DNA of 35,636 nt from an uncultured Anaeroplasmataceae bacterium (lineage in GTDB: Bacteria > Bacillota_I > Bacilli_A > Acholeplasmatales > Anaeroplasmataceae), in NCBI GenBank assembly GCA_934229535.1, contig CAKQDS010000019.1, forward strand, positions 1 to 35,636, in the 5' to 3' direction. Positions 27,179-35,636 of this stretch are shown piece by piece. Within the stretch, counting starts at the first letter, position 1. Each line of letters opens with the position of its first letter. The notes under the pieces are model-generated. The model was given only the letters and a program-made list of their open reading frames with translations. It had not been told where the DNA came from and did not search any database. A program made the position numbers and the translations under genes.

Positions 27179-28845
27179 TGTTTTTAGCTACAGGATTTTT
27201 CTCAGTATTATTATCAATTGTTGTTTTTATATTGGTAATTGGTACAATTATTTTAATACATGAGTTTGGACATTTTATTTTTGCTAGAAGGGCAGGGATT
27301 TTATGTCATGAATTCTCAATTGGTATGGGGCCAGTTCTCTACCAGCACAAATTTAAGGAAACAACATTTTCAATAAGAGCAATTCCTATTGGTGGATTTG
27401 TTTCAATGGCTGGTGAGGAAGTTTCTGATTCTCTTTTAAAGAAGGATCAAAGAATTGGCTTAATGCTTAATGAAGATGGTAAGGTTAATAAAATTGTTTT
27501 AATGGATAGTGATAGCTGTGATGCTTATGGTAATGTCATAAGCTATAATCTATATGGGATTAATGGTGAGGAGCTGAATATTTGTCTTGATGAGGATGGC
27601 GAGGAAAAAACATATTTAGTTTGTAATGATGCTTATTATGTCTTGTCAAAGAAACAACAATTGCAAATAACACCATATAATCGTTGTTTTGAATCTAAAT
27701 CACTTGGTAAAAGATTTTTAACATTATTTGCTGGGCCAGCAATGAATTTTGTTTTAGCCATTTTTATTTATTTTATTTATTGGTGTGCAATGGGTGTTCC
27801 TAATCTAAATTCTACTAAAATTGGTAGTGTTTCTAATGGTTATCCTTCAAGTGAATATTTAAAGGCAAATGATGAAATAGTTAGTGTTAATGGAGTAGAG
27901 GTTAGCAGCTGGAATGAGTTTTCTGCTCAAATGGATCTAGTTGAGAAAAAATATGATACATCTGTTAATTTAGTTGTTAAAAGAAATAATGAGGATATTA
28001 ATTTAAATCTTCCTTTGATTGTTATTATAAATTCTTGTGGTCTAAATAATGTAGGTGTTGCGACAAGCACAGATAATTATGGCTATGAGGGAATCATTAT
28101 GGGTGATGATTCAGCACTAAATTATAAGGGAAACTTAAAAAAGGATGAAGTAAAGCTTGCAACTGGTGATGTTATAACAAAAATTCGTGTTGATAAGGTT
28201 ATATCTAAATCACAGGTTGAAGAAGGTAGCTTTGTAAGCATTGAAAGCTGGTCACACGTTATGGAAATATTAGATAATGTTGATGTTGCTAATCTTTATT
28301 TTGAGTTTTATTCTGTAGAGGAAAAGGAAATTACTACAACAAAAACACCTATTCAAACTCATGGAAATGAATTATTAGATAACCAAAGAATTGAAAAAAT
28401 AGCTGTAAAAATTGGTGTTACTCCTGTGTATCATTTTAGCTTAGGTGGAGCTTTCGTTAATACATTCACAAGCTTTTGGGGTGACTTCACATTGATTTTT
28501 AAAACGCTAAAGATTTTGTTATTTCCATCAGGAATTCGTCAGGTAGGTGTATCTAATTTATCAGGAGTTGTTGGAATTTTTTCAATGGTTGATAGCTATA
28601 TTCAATATGGTATATTACCACTTTTAGCACTTGTTGCTTTACTCTCTATTAATATTGGTGTAATGAATCTACTTCCAATTCCTGCATTAGATGGTGGAAG
28701 AATTGTATTCTTATTATATGAAGCAATTACTAGAAAGAAGCCAAATAAGAAATTTGAAAATATCTTGAATAACATTATGTTTATTTTATTAATGATATTG
28801 TTTGTCTATGTAACGTTCAATGATATTTTAAGGTTGTTTAAATGA
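27178..28845 (+). CDS. rseP: Site-2 zinc metalloprotease RseP/RasP
   Basis: HEFGHFIFARRAGI HExxH near TM1, PDZ region, and C-terminal LDGG motif. 555 aa. Confidence 0.9.
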   Translation: MFLATGFFSVLLSIVVFILVIGTIILIHEFGHFIFARRAGILCHEFSIGMGPVLYQHKFKETTFSIRAIPIGGFVSMAGEEVSDSLLKKDQRIGLMLNEDGKVNKIVLMDSDSCDAYGNVISYNLYGINGEELNICLDEDGEEKTYLVCNDAYYVLSKKQQLQITPYNRCFESKSLGKRFLTLFAGPAMNFVLAIFIYFIYWCAMGVPNLNSTKIGSVSNGYPSSEYLKANDEIVSVNGVEVSSWNEFSAQMDLVEKKYDTSVNLVVKRNNEDINLNLPLIVIINSCGLNNVGVATSTDNYGYEGIIMGDDSALNYKGNLKKDEVKLATGDVITKIRVDKVISKSQVEEGSFVSIESWSHVMEILDNVDVANLYFEFYSVEEKEITTTKTPIQTHGNELLDNQRIEKIAVKIGVTPVYHFSLGGAFVNTFTSFWGDFTLIFKTLKILLFPSGIRQVGVSNLSGVVGIFSMVDSYIQYGILPLLALVALLSINIGVMNLLPIPALDGGRIVFLLYEAITRKKPNKKFENILNNIMFILLMILFVYVTFNDILRLFK

Positions 28846-29501
28846 AAATAGATAATAATGAAATATATGGTGCCATTTTTGATTTAGATGGAACTATTTT
28901 GGATTCACTTAGTGTATGGTATGAGATTGATACTAGATTCTTTAGGATGCATAATATGGAGGTTCCAGCTATGTATCATAAGGAAATTGCTCATTTAAGT
29001 CTTGAAAAAATTGCAGTGCTGACTAAAGAAAAATATGGCTTTAAAGAATCTGTTCAAGAGATTTGTAATATTTGGCGAAATATGGCACAAAGCATTTATA
29101 AAACTAATGTTAAATTAAAGCCATATGTTATGGATTTATTGAATTATCTAAAAGACAATAATATTTTGCTTGCCGTAGCAACTGCAAATGAAGACTATTT
29201 ATATATTCCTTGTCTTAAGGAATTGGGTGTATATGAATATTTTAGTTTATTTAATGATTTAAATAAAATCAAATGTGTTAAAAAGGATGAATATTTCTTT
29301 AAAGAAACAGCTAAGGCTATGCAGCTTAATGCTCATAATATTGTGGTATTTGAGGATACCTTTGAAGCAATTGAGGCAGCCAAAAATGCTTGCTTTACTA
29401 CAATTGCTATAAAGGAAAATACGCATCTTGAAAATGAAAAAAAGATAGTAGCAAATCATTATGTTAATGATTTCAAAGAAGCAATGGCGCTTTTTAAGTA
29501 A
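28842..29501 (+). CDS. HAD-superfamily hydrolase (subfamily IA-like)
   Basis: Motif I AIFDLDGTILDS. ATGA overlap with rseP. Confidence 0.75.
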   Translation: MKIDNNEIYGAIFDLDGTILDSLSVWYEIDTRFFRMHNMEVPAMYHKEIAHLSLEKIAVLTKEKYGFKESVQEICNIWRNMAQSIYKTNVKLKPYVMDLLNYLKDNNILLAVATANEDYLYIPCLKELGVYEYFSLFNDLNKIKCVKKDEYFFKETAKAMQLNAHNIVVFEDTFEAIEAAKNACFTTIAIKENTHLENEKKIVANHYVNDFKEAMALFK

Positions 29502-29510
29502 TAGTTATAG

Positions 29511-29547
29511 AAACCAATTTCAATGTTGAATTTGGTTTTTATTTTTT
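29511..29547 (+). terminator. Terminator after the dxr-rseP-HAD unit
   Basis: Hairpin aaaccaattt-caatgttg-aatttggttt (1 mismatch) followed by a T-run. Confidence 0.75.
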
Positions 29548-29611
29548 AAGTAATGACAAATTTCGATTTGTATTATATAATAGGTTGTTGAATGTCTATA
29601 GAGGTATAAGT

Positions 29612-30370
29612 ATGGAATATGATTATGATGCTTTATTAGAAAGTATAGTATTAATAGGTAGAACGATGCTAGAAAATGGGGCGGAGGTAAGTAGAGTTGA
29701 GGATTCGATTGGGAGAATGTGTAAAAGCTATGGTGCACAAAGTGTTGATGTTTTTACAATAACCTCACAAATAATTATTACAGCTAAATTTGATAATAAA
29801 AGCTATACCCAAACCAAAAGAGTTTTATCATATGAAACAAATTTTCATCAGCTAGATGAATTAAATGATCTTTCAAGATTTATTTGTAATCATCATCCTT
29901 CAAGTAAAGAGGTTGAGGAGAGAAGAACAAGAATAATGAATGAGCCACCATATCCAACACTTTATACTTTGATTGGATCGATAATGGGTGCTGGTGCCTT
30001 TTCTATATTTTTTGGTGGAAAATTTAGAGATGCTTTATGCGCAATGCTTGTTTCTTTAATTATTGTGTTTATGCAGCATTTCTTAAAAAAGAAAATGAAT
30101 TATATTGTTTTTTATGTTTTTTGCTCGTTGTGCTCGGGAATTGTTTCAATTTTATTATGTAAAATTGGTCTTGGCCTTAATATGGATAAGATAATGATTG
30201 GAGAGGTAATGTTACTAATTCCAGGAATTGCAATGACTAATTCAATAAGAGATATGCTCCTTGGTGATACAATGTCGGGAATATTAAGACTATGTGAGGC
30301 TCTTTTAATGGCAATATCTATTGCCCTAGGCTTTGGTATTTCGATTATTTTGTTAGGAGGCATATTATGA
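29612..30370 (+). CDS. ThrE-family (DUF1212, YjjP-like) exporter subunit
   Basis: N-terminal soluble region LESIVLIGRTMLENGAEVSRVEDSI followed by TM helices. SD agaggt lies 7 nt before ATG 29612 (the ORF-track TTG 29585 is an extension). Confidence 0.7.
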   Translation: MEYDYDALLESIVLIGRTMLENGAEVSRVEDSIGRMCKSYGAQSVDVFTITSQIIITAKFDNKSYTQTKRVLSYETNFHQLDELNDLSRFICNHHPSSKEVEERRTRIMNEPPYPTLYTLIGSIMGAGAFSIFFGGKFRDALCAMLVSLIIVFMQHFLKKKMNYIVFYVFCSLCSGIVSILLCKIGLGLNMDKIMIGEVMLLIPGIAMTNSIRDMLLGDTMSGILRLCEALLMAISIALGFGISIILLGGIL

Positions 30371-30822
30371 AAATTGTAGCAAGCCTTTGTGCCGCTATTA
30401 TCGGTTCGTATGGTTTCTCGTTATTATTTCATCTTCGTGGTAAAAAGCTTTTATTTGCCGGAATTGGTGGCGGCATCACCTGGGGATTATATTTGATATT
30501 AGAAAATTATATTAAAAATACTCTAATATTATATTTGGTTGTTTCTATTTTTGCGACAATGTATGCGGAGATTATGGCAAGAATTAATAAAGCACCGGCA
30601 ACATGCTTTATAATGCCGGCGGAAATTTCCTTGGTACCTGGGGCTTCGTTATATTATGCAATGCTGGCGATTGTTCAAGCAAATAATGAGTTGTTTAATA
30701 AATATTTAAAGGATACTGTAGAAATGGCCTTGGGTCTTGCTTGTGGCGTTGTAATTTGCTCGGTTTTCTTTAAATATATTCATCGAGTTTTAAATAAATT
30801 AAGTAGTAAGGAGTGCAAGTAA
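30367..30822 (+). CDS. ThrE-family partner subunit (DUF3815, YjjB-like)
   Basis: 151-aa four-TM protein immediately after, and overlapping (ATGA), the DUF1212 gene, as in the characteristic pair. Confidence 0.65.
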   Translation: MKIVASLCAAIIGSYGFSLLFHLRGKKLLFAGIGGGITWGLYLILENYIKNTLILYLVVSIFATMYAEIMARINKAPATCFIMPAEISLVPGASLYYAMLAIVQANNELFNKYLKDTVEMALGLACGVVICSVFFKYIHRVLNKLSSKECK

Positions 30823-32333
30823 TGAAAAATCAAAAAAAGACACCATACGTTGATGCTCTTAAATCTTATATTAAGGAAGGTGTGACACCATTTGATGTTC
30901 CCGGACATCATATGGGTGGCATTAATACCGAATTTAAAAAGGTTATAGGTGACAATGCTTACAAATGTGATGTAAATGCTCCTAGAGGCTTGGATAATTT
31001 AAATCATCCAACAGGAGTACTTAAAGAGGCCGAAGAGCTAATGGCTGATGCTTGTAAGGCTGATGAAGCGTTTTTCCTAATTAATGGTACAAGTAGTGGT
31101 ATAATTGCTATGCTACTTGCAACACTTAACGCTAAAGATAAAATTATTCTTCCAAGAAATTGTCATAAGTCGGTTATTAATGGTTTGGTTTTATCAGGAG
31201 GAATGCCAATATTTATTACTCCCAAATTTGATTATGAATTAGAAATTGCTAATCAACCATCACTTGATGATTATAAAAAAGCAATTATCGATAATCCTAA
31301 TGCGAAAGCGATATTTGTCATTAATCCTACATATTTTGGAGCAGTTTTAGATTTAAAGGATTTAACTGATTTTGCTCATGAGCATAATATGCTTGTTTTA
31401 GTTGATGAGGCACATGGAGCTCATTTTGGATTCAATTATTATGGGCCTTATTCAGCAATGGAATGTAATGCGGATTTAAGTGCTGTTAGCTTTCATAAGA
31501 CTGGTGGAAGCTTTACTCAAAGCTCAGCATTACTTAGAAAAGGGGATAGAGTAAGTCATTATGAAATTTCTAAGGCATTAAGTATTATAAATACAACCTC
31601 ACCATCAACCCTTTTGCTAGCAAGCCTTGATTCAGCTCGTAAGTTTTTAGCGACTAAGGGACAAGAAACCTTGAATGAAATTATTAACTTAGCAAATTAT
31701 GCTAGAAAGGAAATAAATCGTATTCCTGGCTTTAAGGCTTGTGGTAGAGAGCATTTTATGGCTAATGGTGTATATGATTATGATGATACTAAGCTTGTTA
31801 TTGTTTTAGATAATATCAATGTTTCGGGCTTTGAAATTTATAAAATGCTAAAGGATTATTATCATATACAAATGGAGCTTGCTGAAACCTATGTTGTTTT
31901 AGGAATAATTGCTGTTGGTAGTAAAAAGGATCAAATTGATAAGCTTATTCAGGCTTTAAAGGAAATATCATCAATTTATTATAAGGAAGGAATTGTTTAT
32001 CCAAAATATCATTATGATATAAATTATCCTAAGGGCTTATTAAGGCCAAGATCAGCATTTCATGCTCCTCTTAAAAGGATAAAGCTAGATGAGGCTTTAA
32101 ATGAAATATCAAAGGAAATGATAATGATTTATCCTCCAGGAATTCCTCTTATCATACCGGGAGAGGTTTTTACTAAAGAAGTAATAGACAGAATTAAGTA
32201 TTATAGGAAAACATCTGCGACAGTATTATCAGATTATGACGATGATACTGTGGGAGTTGTTGATTTAGTTAATTGGGAATCTTTACCAAAATATGAAAAG
32301 GAAATTAATGATTATTATGCAAGCAATAAATGA
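30822..32333 (+). CDS. speA: Orn/Lys/Arg decarboxylase family-1 (PLP-dependent) enzyme, most likely arginine decarboxylase (SpeA-like)
   Basis: FDVPGHHMGG and PLP-lysine motif SFHKTGGSFTQSS. About 500 aa, like B. subtilis SpeA. Context with aguA-aguB. SD aaggagtg; TAATG overlap with the upstream gene. Confidence 0.8.
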   Translation: MKNQKKTPYVDALKSYIKEGVTPFDVPGHHMGGINTEFKKVIGDNAYKCDVNAPRGLDNLNHPTGVLKEAEELMADACKADEAFFLINGTSSGIIAMLLATLNAKDKIILPRNCHKSVINGLVLSGGMPIFITPKFDYELEIANQPSLDDYKKAIIDNPNAKAIFVINPTYFGAVLDLKDLTDFAHEHNMLVLVDEAHGAHFGFNYYGPYSAMECNADLSAVSFHKTGGSFTQSSALLRKGDRVSHYEISKALSIINTTSPSTLLLASLDSARKFLATKGQETLNEIINLANYARKEINRIPGFKACGREHFMANGVYDYDDTKLVIVLDNINVSGFEIYKMLKDYYHIQMELAETYVVLGIIAVGSKKDQIDKLIQALKEISSIYYKEGIVYPKYHYDINYPKGLLRPRSAFHAPLKRIKLDEALNEISKEMIMIYPPGIPLIIPGEVFTKEVIDRIKYYRKTSATVLSDYDDDTVGVVDLVNWESLPKYEKEINDYYASNK

Positions 32334-33399
32334 TTTAACAGGGTTTAATTGGCCATTTGAGGGAAAAAAACATATTGGAACGATAGTTTTATTGCCTTAT
32401 CGAGAGGATACTTGGCCGAATGGTGGTATGGATGCTTTAGAGGCATTTTATGATATAGTTAAGGCTATTTCTAAATATGAAAGAGTTTATCTTGGTGTTA
32501 GTAAAAATGTTAAAAAGGAAATGGTAAAGCACTTTTATGAGCAAGAAAATGTAGAAATAATTAATATTGAATATAATGATGCCTGGGCTAGAGATAATAC
32601 CCTAATATTTTTAAACGATGGTAAAACAATTAAAGCTGTTGATTTTGGCTTTAATGCTTGGGGTGGTAGCTATGATGGCTTATATAGTGATTATGATGAT
32701 GATAATAAGCTTGGTGGAAGGCTTGCTAGATTCTTTGATATGGATGTTATTAATGCTAAGGATTTTATTTTAGAAGGTGGAAGCATTCATACTAATGGTA
32801 AGGGAACAATTATTACAACTAAGGCTTGTCTTTTGTCAAAGGGACGTAATCCTAATTTAAGTCAAAACCAAATCGAGAATAATCTTAAAAAATATTTAAA
32901 TGCCAAAAAGGTTATTTGGATTCCAAAGGGAATTTATGAAGATGAAACAAACGAGCATGTTGATAATATTTGCTGCTTTCTAGATGAAAATACGGTTGCT
33001 CTTGCTTGGTGTAACGATAAAAATGATCCTCAATATGAAAATAGTATGGCCTGCTATGAGGTATTAAAGAAAGAAAACCTAAATGTTATTAAAATACCTG
33101 TTCCAGGTAAGCCACTTGTATTAACTAATGAGGAGGCCTCACGCATAATAGCAAATAATCAAGCAAAGCCTAGACTTGAAGGCGATAGACTTGCTGCTTC
33201 GTATGTTAATTTTTATCAGGGAGCTAAATTTGTTTTGGTACCACAATTTGGATGCCCTGAGGATGAGCAGGCTATAAAAATATTAAAGGATTTCTATAAG
33301 GATAAAGAAGTAATTGGTATTAATTCTAGATCAATATTAGTTGGTGGAGGAAATATCCACTGTGTAACGATGCAGATAGGAGATGTTGAAAATGAATAA
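32308..33399 (+). CDS. aguA: Agmatine deiminase
   Basis: PAD_porph-type fold with the C-terminal catalytic motif GGGNIHCVTMQ. Start at ATG 32308 (SD aaggaaa) or 32317; it overlaps the decarboxylase gene by 17-26 nt. Confidence 0.85.
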   Translation: MIIMQAINDLTGFNWPFEGKKHIGTIVLLPYREDTWPNGGMDALEAFYDIVKAISKYERVYLGVSKNVKKEMVKHFYEQENVEIINIEYNDAWARDNTLIFLNDGKTIKAVDFGFNAWGGSYDGLYSDYDDDNKLGGRLARFFDMDVINAKDFILEGGSIHTNGKGTIITTKACLLSKGRNPNLSQNQIENNLKKYLNAKKVIWIPKGIYEDETNEHVDNICCFLDENTVALAWCNDKNDPQYENSMACYEVLKKENLNVIKIPVPGKPLVLTNEEASRIIANNQAKPRLEGDRLAASYVNFYQGAKFVLVPQFGCPEDEQAIKILKDFYKDKEVIGINSRSILVGGGNIHCVTMQIGDVENE

Positions 33400-34261
33400 A
33401 TTAATTGTTGCGGCAACGCAAATGAAAATATCATGGAATATAGAAGAAAATATTAATAAAGCTAAGAATATGGTAAGAGCTTGTGCTAGTAAGGGTGCTA
33501 AAATAATTTTATTACAAGAATTATTTAAGACTCCATATTTTTGTCAAATTGAAAATTATGAGTATTTTAAGCTAGCTGAAGAAGCAGAAAATTCAAGCTT
33601 TATAAAAGAGTTTCAAGCTCTTGCGAAGGAGCTTAATGTTGTAATTCCTTTGAGCTTTTTTGAGCATCAGGGTAATTGCTACTACAATAGCCTAGCAATG
33701 ATTGATGCTACTGGTGAAGTACTTGGAATATATCGTAAGACACATATTCCAACAGGAACCTGTTATGAGGAAAAATTCTATTTTACTCCTGGTGATACAG
33801 GCTTTAAGGTATTTAAGACTAAGTATCTAACAATTGGTGTAGGGATATGCTGGGACCAATGGTTTTGTGAAACAGCTAGATGTATGACATTAATGGGAGC
33901 TGAGCTTTTAATGTTCCCAACAGCAATTGGTAGTGAACCGATTTTACCAAGAGATAGTAAGACTCATTGGCAAAATGTTATGTGTGGACATGCAGCAAGT
34001 AATATTATTCCTGTTGTTGCTTCAAATCGTGTTGGTGAAGAAAAAGAGGTTAATTCTACAATGACATTTTATGGCTCTTCATTTATTTGTGATGAAGAGG
34101 GAACTAAGGTATGCGAGCTTGATAGAACAAGCGAAGGATTTTTGACATATGAATTTGATTTTGATGCAATAAATCAAAAAAGAAGAGAATGGGGCATATT
34201 TAGAGATAGACGTCCAGAATTTTATAAAGATATCTTAAAAATGGATGCTTCGAGTAAATAA
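33392..34261 (+). CDS. aguB: N-carbamoylputrescine amidase (CN-hydrolase/nitrilase superfamily)
   Basis: CN-hydrolase motifs LQELFKTPYF, K in YRKTHIP, and GVGICWDQWF (catalytic Cys). 8-nt overlap with aguA. Confidence 0.8.
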   Translation: MNKLIVAATQMKISWNIEENINKAKNMVRACASKGAKIILLQELFKTPYFCQIENYEYFKLAEEAENSSFIKEFQALAKELNVVIPLSFFEHQGNCYYNSLAMIDATGEVLGIYRKTHIPTGTCYEEKFYFTPGDTGFKVFKTKYLTIGVGICWDQWFCETARCMTLMGAELLMFPTAIGSEPILPRDSKTHWQNVMCGHAASNIIPVVASNRVGEEKEVNSTMTFYGSSFICDEEGTKVCELDRTSEGFLTYEFDFDAINQKRREWGIFRDRRPEFYKDILKMDASSK

Positions 34262-34288
34262 AAATTTTAATGAAAATGCATTCATAAA

Positions 34289-34317
34289 TTGCAATATTTA
34301 CCTAAATGTAATATAAT
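34289..34317 (+). promoter_or_regulatory. Promoter TTGCAA-N17-TATAAT for the antiporter gene
   Basis: Near-consensus hexamers. Confidence 0.55.
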
Positions 34318-34354
34318 AAACAATGTTGAGTTTTTTAAAGAAGGAAGAATTAAT

Positions 34355-35551
34355 ATGGAATATTATTTGTTATTATTGCCATTGGCAATGATTTTACTAT
34401 TGTCTAAGCTTTTAGGTATTGGTGCTAGACATATTGGAATTCCTCAGGTTGTTGGTATGCTTCTTGCGGGCGTTTTATTAGGTCTTATAAAATACATTCC
34501 CGGCCAGACTATTTTTACAGAAAATACAATGAAGGGTATTGATGTTTTGGCGGAAATTGGTGTTATCCTAATTATGTTTTCTGCCGGCCTTGAAACTGAT
34601 GTAAAGCAAATTAAGGCTACGGGAGTTGCTTCACTTATTATTACCTCACTTGGTGTAATTTTACCAATGGTTTTAGGATTTGTTGTAGCTGGCTTATTCT
34701 TTGGCTTTGATAGTGCTCACCTACATTCTAATATTTTCTATGGGGTAATATTAACTGCAACATCTGTTAGTGTTACTGTTGCAACTCTTAAGGAACTAGG
34801 AAAGCTTAATTCTAAAGCAGGCACTGCAATAATTTCTGCTGCTATCCTTGATGATATTATAGGTGTAATCATATTATCAGTTGTTTTGGGATTATCAACT
34901 AATACTGGAACTAATGTTTGGATGGTATTATTAAAGACTGTTTTATTCTTTGTGTTTACCTTGGGTGTTGGTTTTGTTGTTAGATACATTTTTAAATGGC
35001 TTGAAAATCATTATGAGCATCATCGTCGTTTACCTATTTTTGGTATATGTCTTGCTTTCTTTTATGCCTATGCTGCTGAAAAGTGGTTTGGTATTGCTGA
35101 TATAACAGGTGCTTATGTAGCAGGTATGGTTCTTTGTGGTGATAAGACCAGTGAATATATCGAAAGAAGAACAGACATAGCATCATATATGATTTTTACT
35201 CCTATTTTCTTTGCAAAAATTGGTTTAAATGTTGATTTTGCGGGATTGGATTTGAAAACAGTCGGATTTGGATTATCTTTTGTTCTTGCTGGTATTTTAG
35301 GAAAGCTTATTGGCTGCGGCTTTGGTGCTAAGATTTCAAGATTTGACTGGAAGGATTCTTTTAGATGTGGCGTTGGTATGATGTGTCGAGCTGAGGTTTG
35401 CCTAATTTGTGCAAATAAAGGAATTAATGCTGGATTGATAGATGCGTCCATTCAACCATTCTTATTAATTTTAATTATTTTCACATCATTTATCACACCA
35501 TTATTATTAAAATGGAGCTATAAAAAGGAACAAATTGAATTAGTGTCATAG
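34355..35551 (+). CDS. Monovalent cation:proton antiporter-2 (CPA2, NapA/Kef-type membrane domain, no KTN domain)
   Basis: MEYYLLLLPLAMILLLSKLLGIGARHIGIPQVVGMLLAGVLLG is a typical CPA2 N-terminus; ~12 TM. SD gaaggaag precedes ATG 34355 (the ORF-track start at 34289 is an extension). Confidence 0.8.
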   Translation: MEYYLLLLPLAMILLLSKLLGIGARHIGIPQVVGMLLAGVLLGLIKYIPGQTIFTENTMKGIDVLAEIGVILIMFSAGLETDVKQIKATGVASLIITSLGVILPMVLGFVVAGLFFGFDSAHLHSNIFYGVILTATSVSVTVATLKELGKLNSKAGTAIISAAILDDIIGVIILSVVLGLSTNTGTNVWMVLLKTVLFFVFTLGVGFVVRYIFKWLENHYEHHRRLPIFGICLAFFYAYAAEKWFGIADITGAYVAGMVLCGDKTSEYIERRTDIASYMIFTPIFFAKIGLNVDFAGLDLKTVGFGLSFVLAGILGKLIGCGFGAKISRFDWKDSFRCGVGMMCRAEVCLICANKGINAGLIDASIQPFLLILIIFTSFITPLLLKWSYKKEQIELVS

Positions 35552-35636
35552 AAAAAGACGGTACTCTAAATTAGATGGGTTGCCCAATACTCGGAAACTC
35601 TAAAATTAAAGGGTTGCGAGCTATAAATAAGTTGGT

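Noticed and set aside
29259-30363. Small ORFs 29259-29459-, 29520-29738-, 30112-30363-
   Set aside because: They are antisense to the HAD hydrolase and ThrE-family genes, or lie within the terminator and promoter region. They have no SD.
34738-35451. Minus-strand ORFs of 83 and 112 aa
   Set aside because: They are antisense to the CPA2 antiporter CDS.

Overview
This 35.6-kb window looks like a chromosomal segment from a low-GC Gram-positive bacterium (Bacillota); from gene order and composition it may be an Erysipelotrichia- or Clostridia-like organism. TGA is a stop codon, TTG and GTG starts occur, and the tRNA encodes its CCA end. The window opens at the 3' end of an rRNA operon: a partial 5S rRNA, tRNA-Asn(GUU) and an intrinsic terminator. 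Next come mostly monocistronic units separated by strong, often bidirectional, hairpin terminators. The first block (289-7643) holds an AlbA_2/Schlafen-like putative regulator with an in-frame 12-bp tandem repeat, a large tail-anchored surface protein built from about six degenerate Ig-like (DUF5011/HYR-like) repeats, a Cys-rich Fe-S protein of unknown function, and an ABC exporter pair. The second block (7721-20875) holds a CYTH protein divergent from NAD kinase, ClpP, GAPDH, MscS, a MATE efflux pump, an MFS transporter, Ung, a LysM protein, TrmFO-XerC, an NfeD-flotillin operon and a lipoprotein. A conserved core block follows (21048-29501): rpsB-tsf-pyrH-frr, then uppS-cdsA-dxr-rseP with a HAD hydrolase. 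The last operon (29612-34261) translationally couples a ThrE-family (DUF1212/DUF3815) exporter pair to a complete arginine-to-putrescine pathway (Orn/Lys/Arg-decarboxylase-family enzyme, agmatine deiminase, N-carbamoylputrescine amidase). A CPA2 cation:proton antiporter closes the window. No CRISPR array, IS element, prophage or obvious defence island was seen. The observations most worth follow-up are the exporter-polyamine operon, the orphan Fe-S protein, an intrinsic terminator in the leader of the MATE gene, a 6-codon uORF overlapping the ABC ATPase start, and the in-frame (NVGV)n repeat. Many ORF-track starts were 5'-over-extended; they were re-set using Shine-Dalgarno positions and conserved N-termini.
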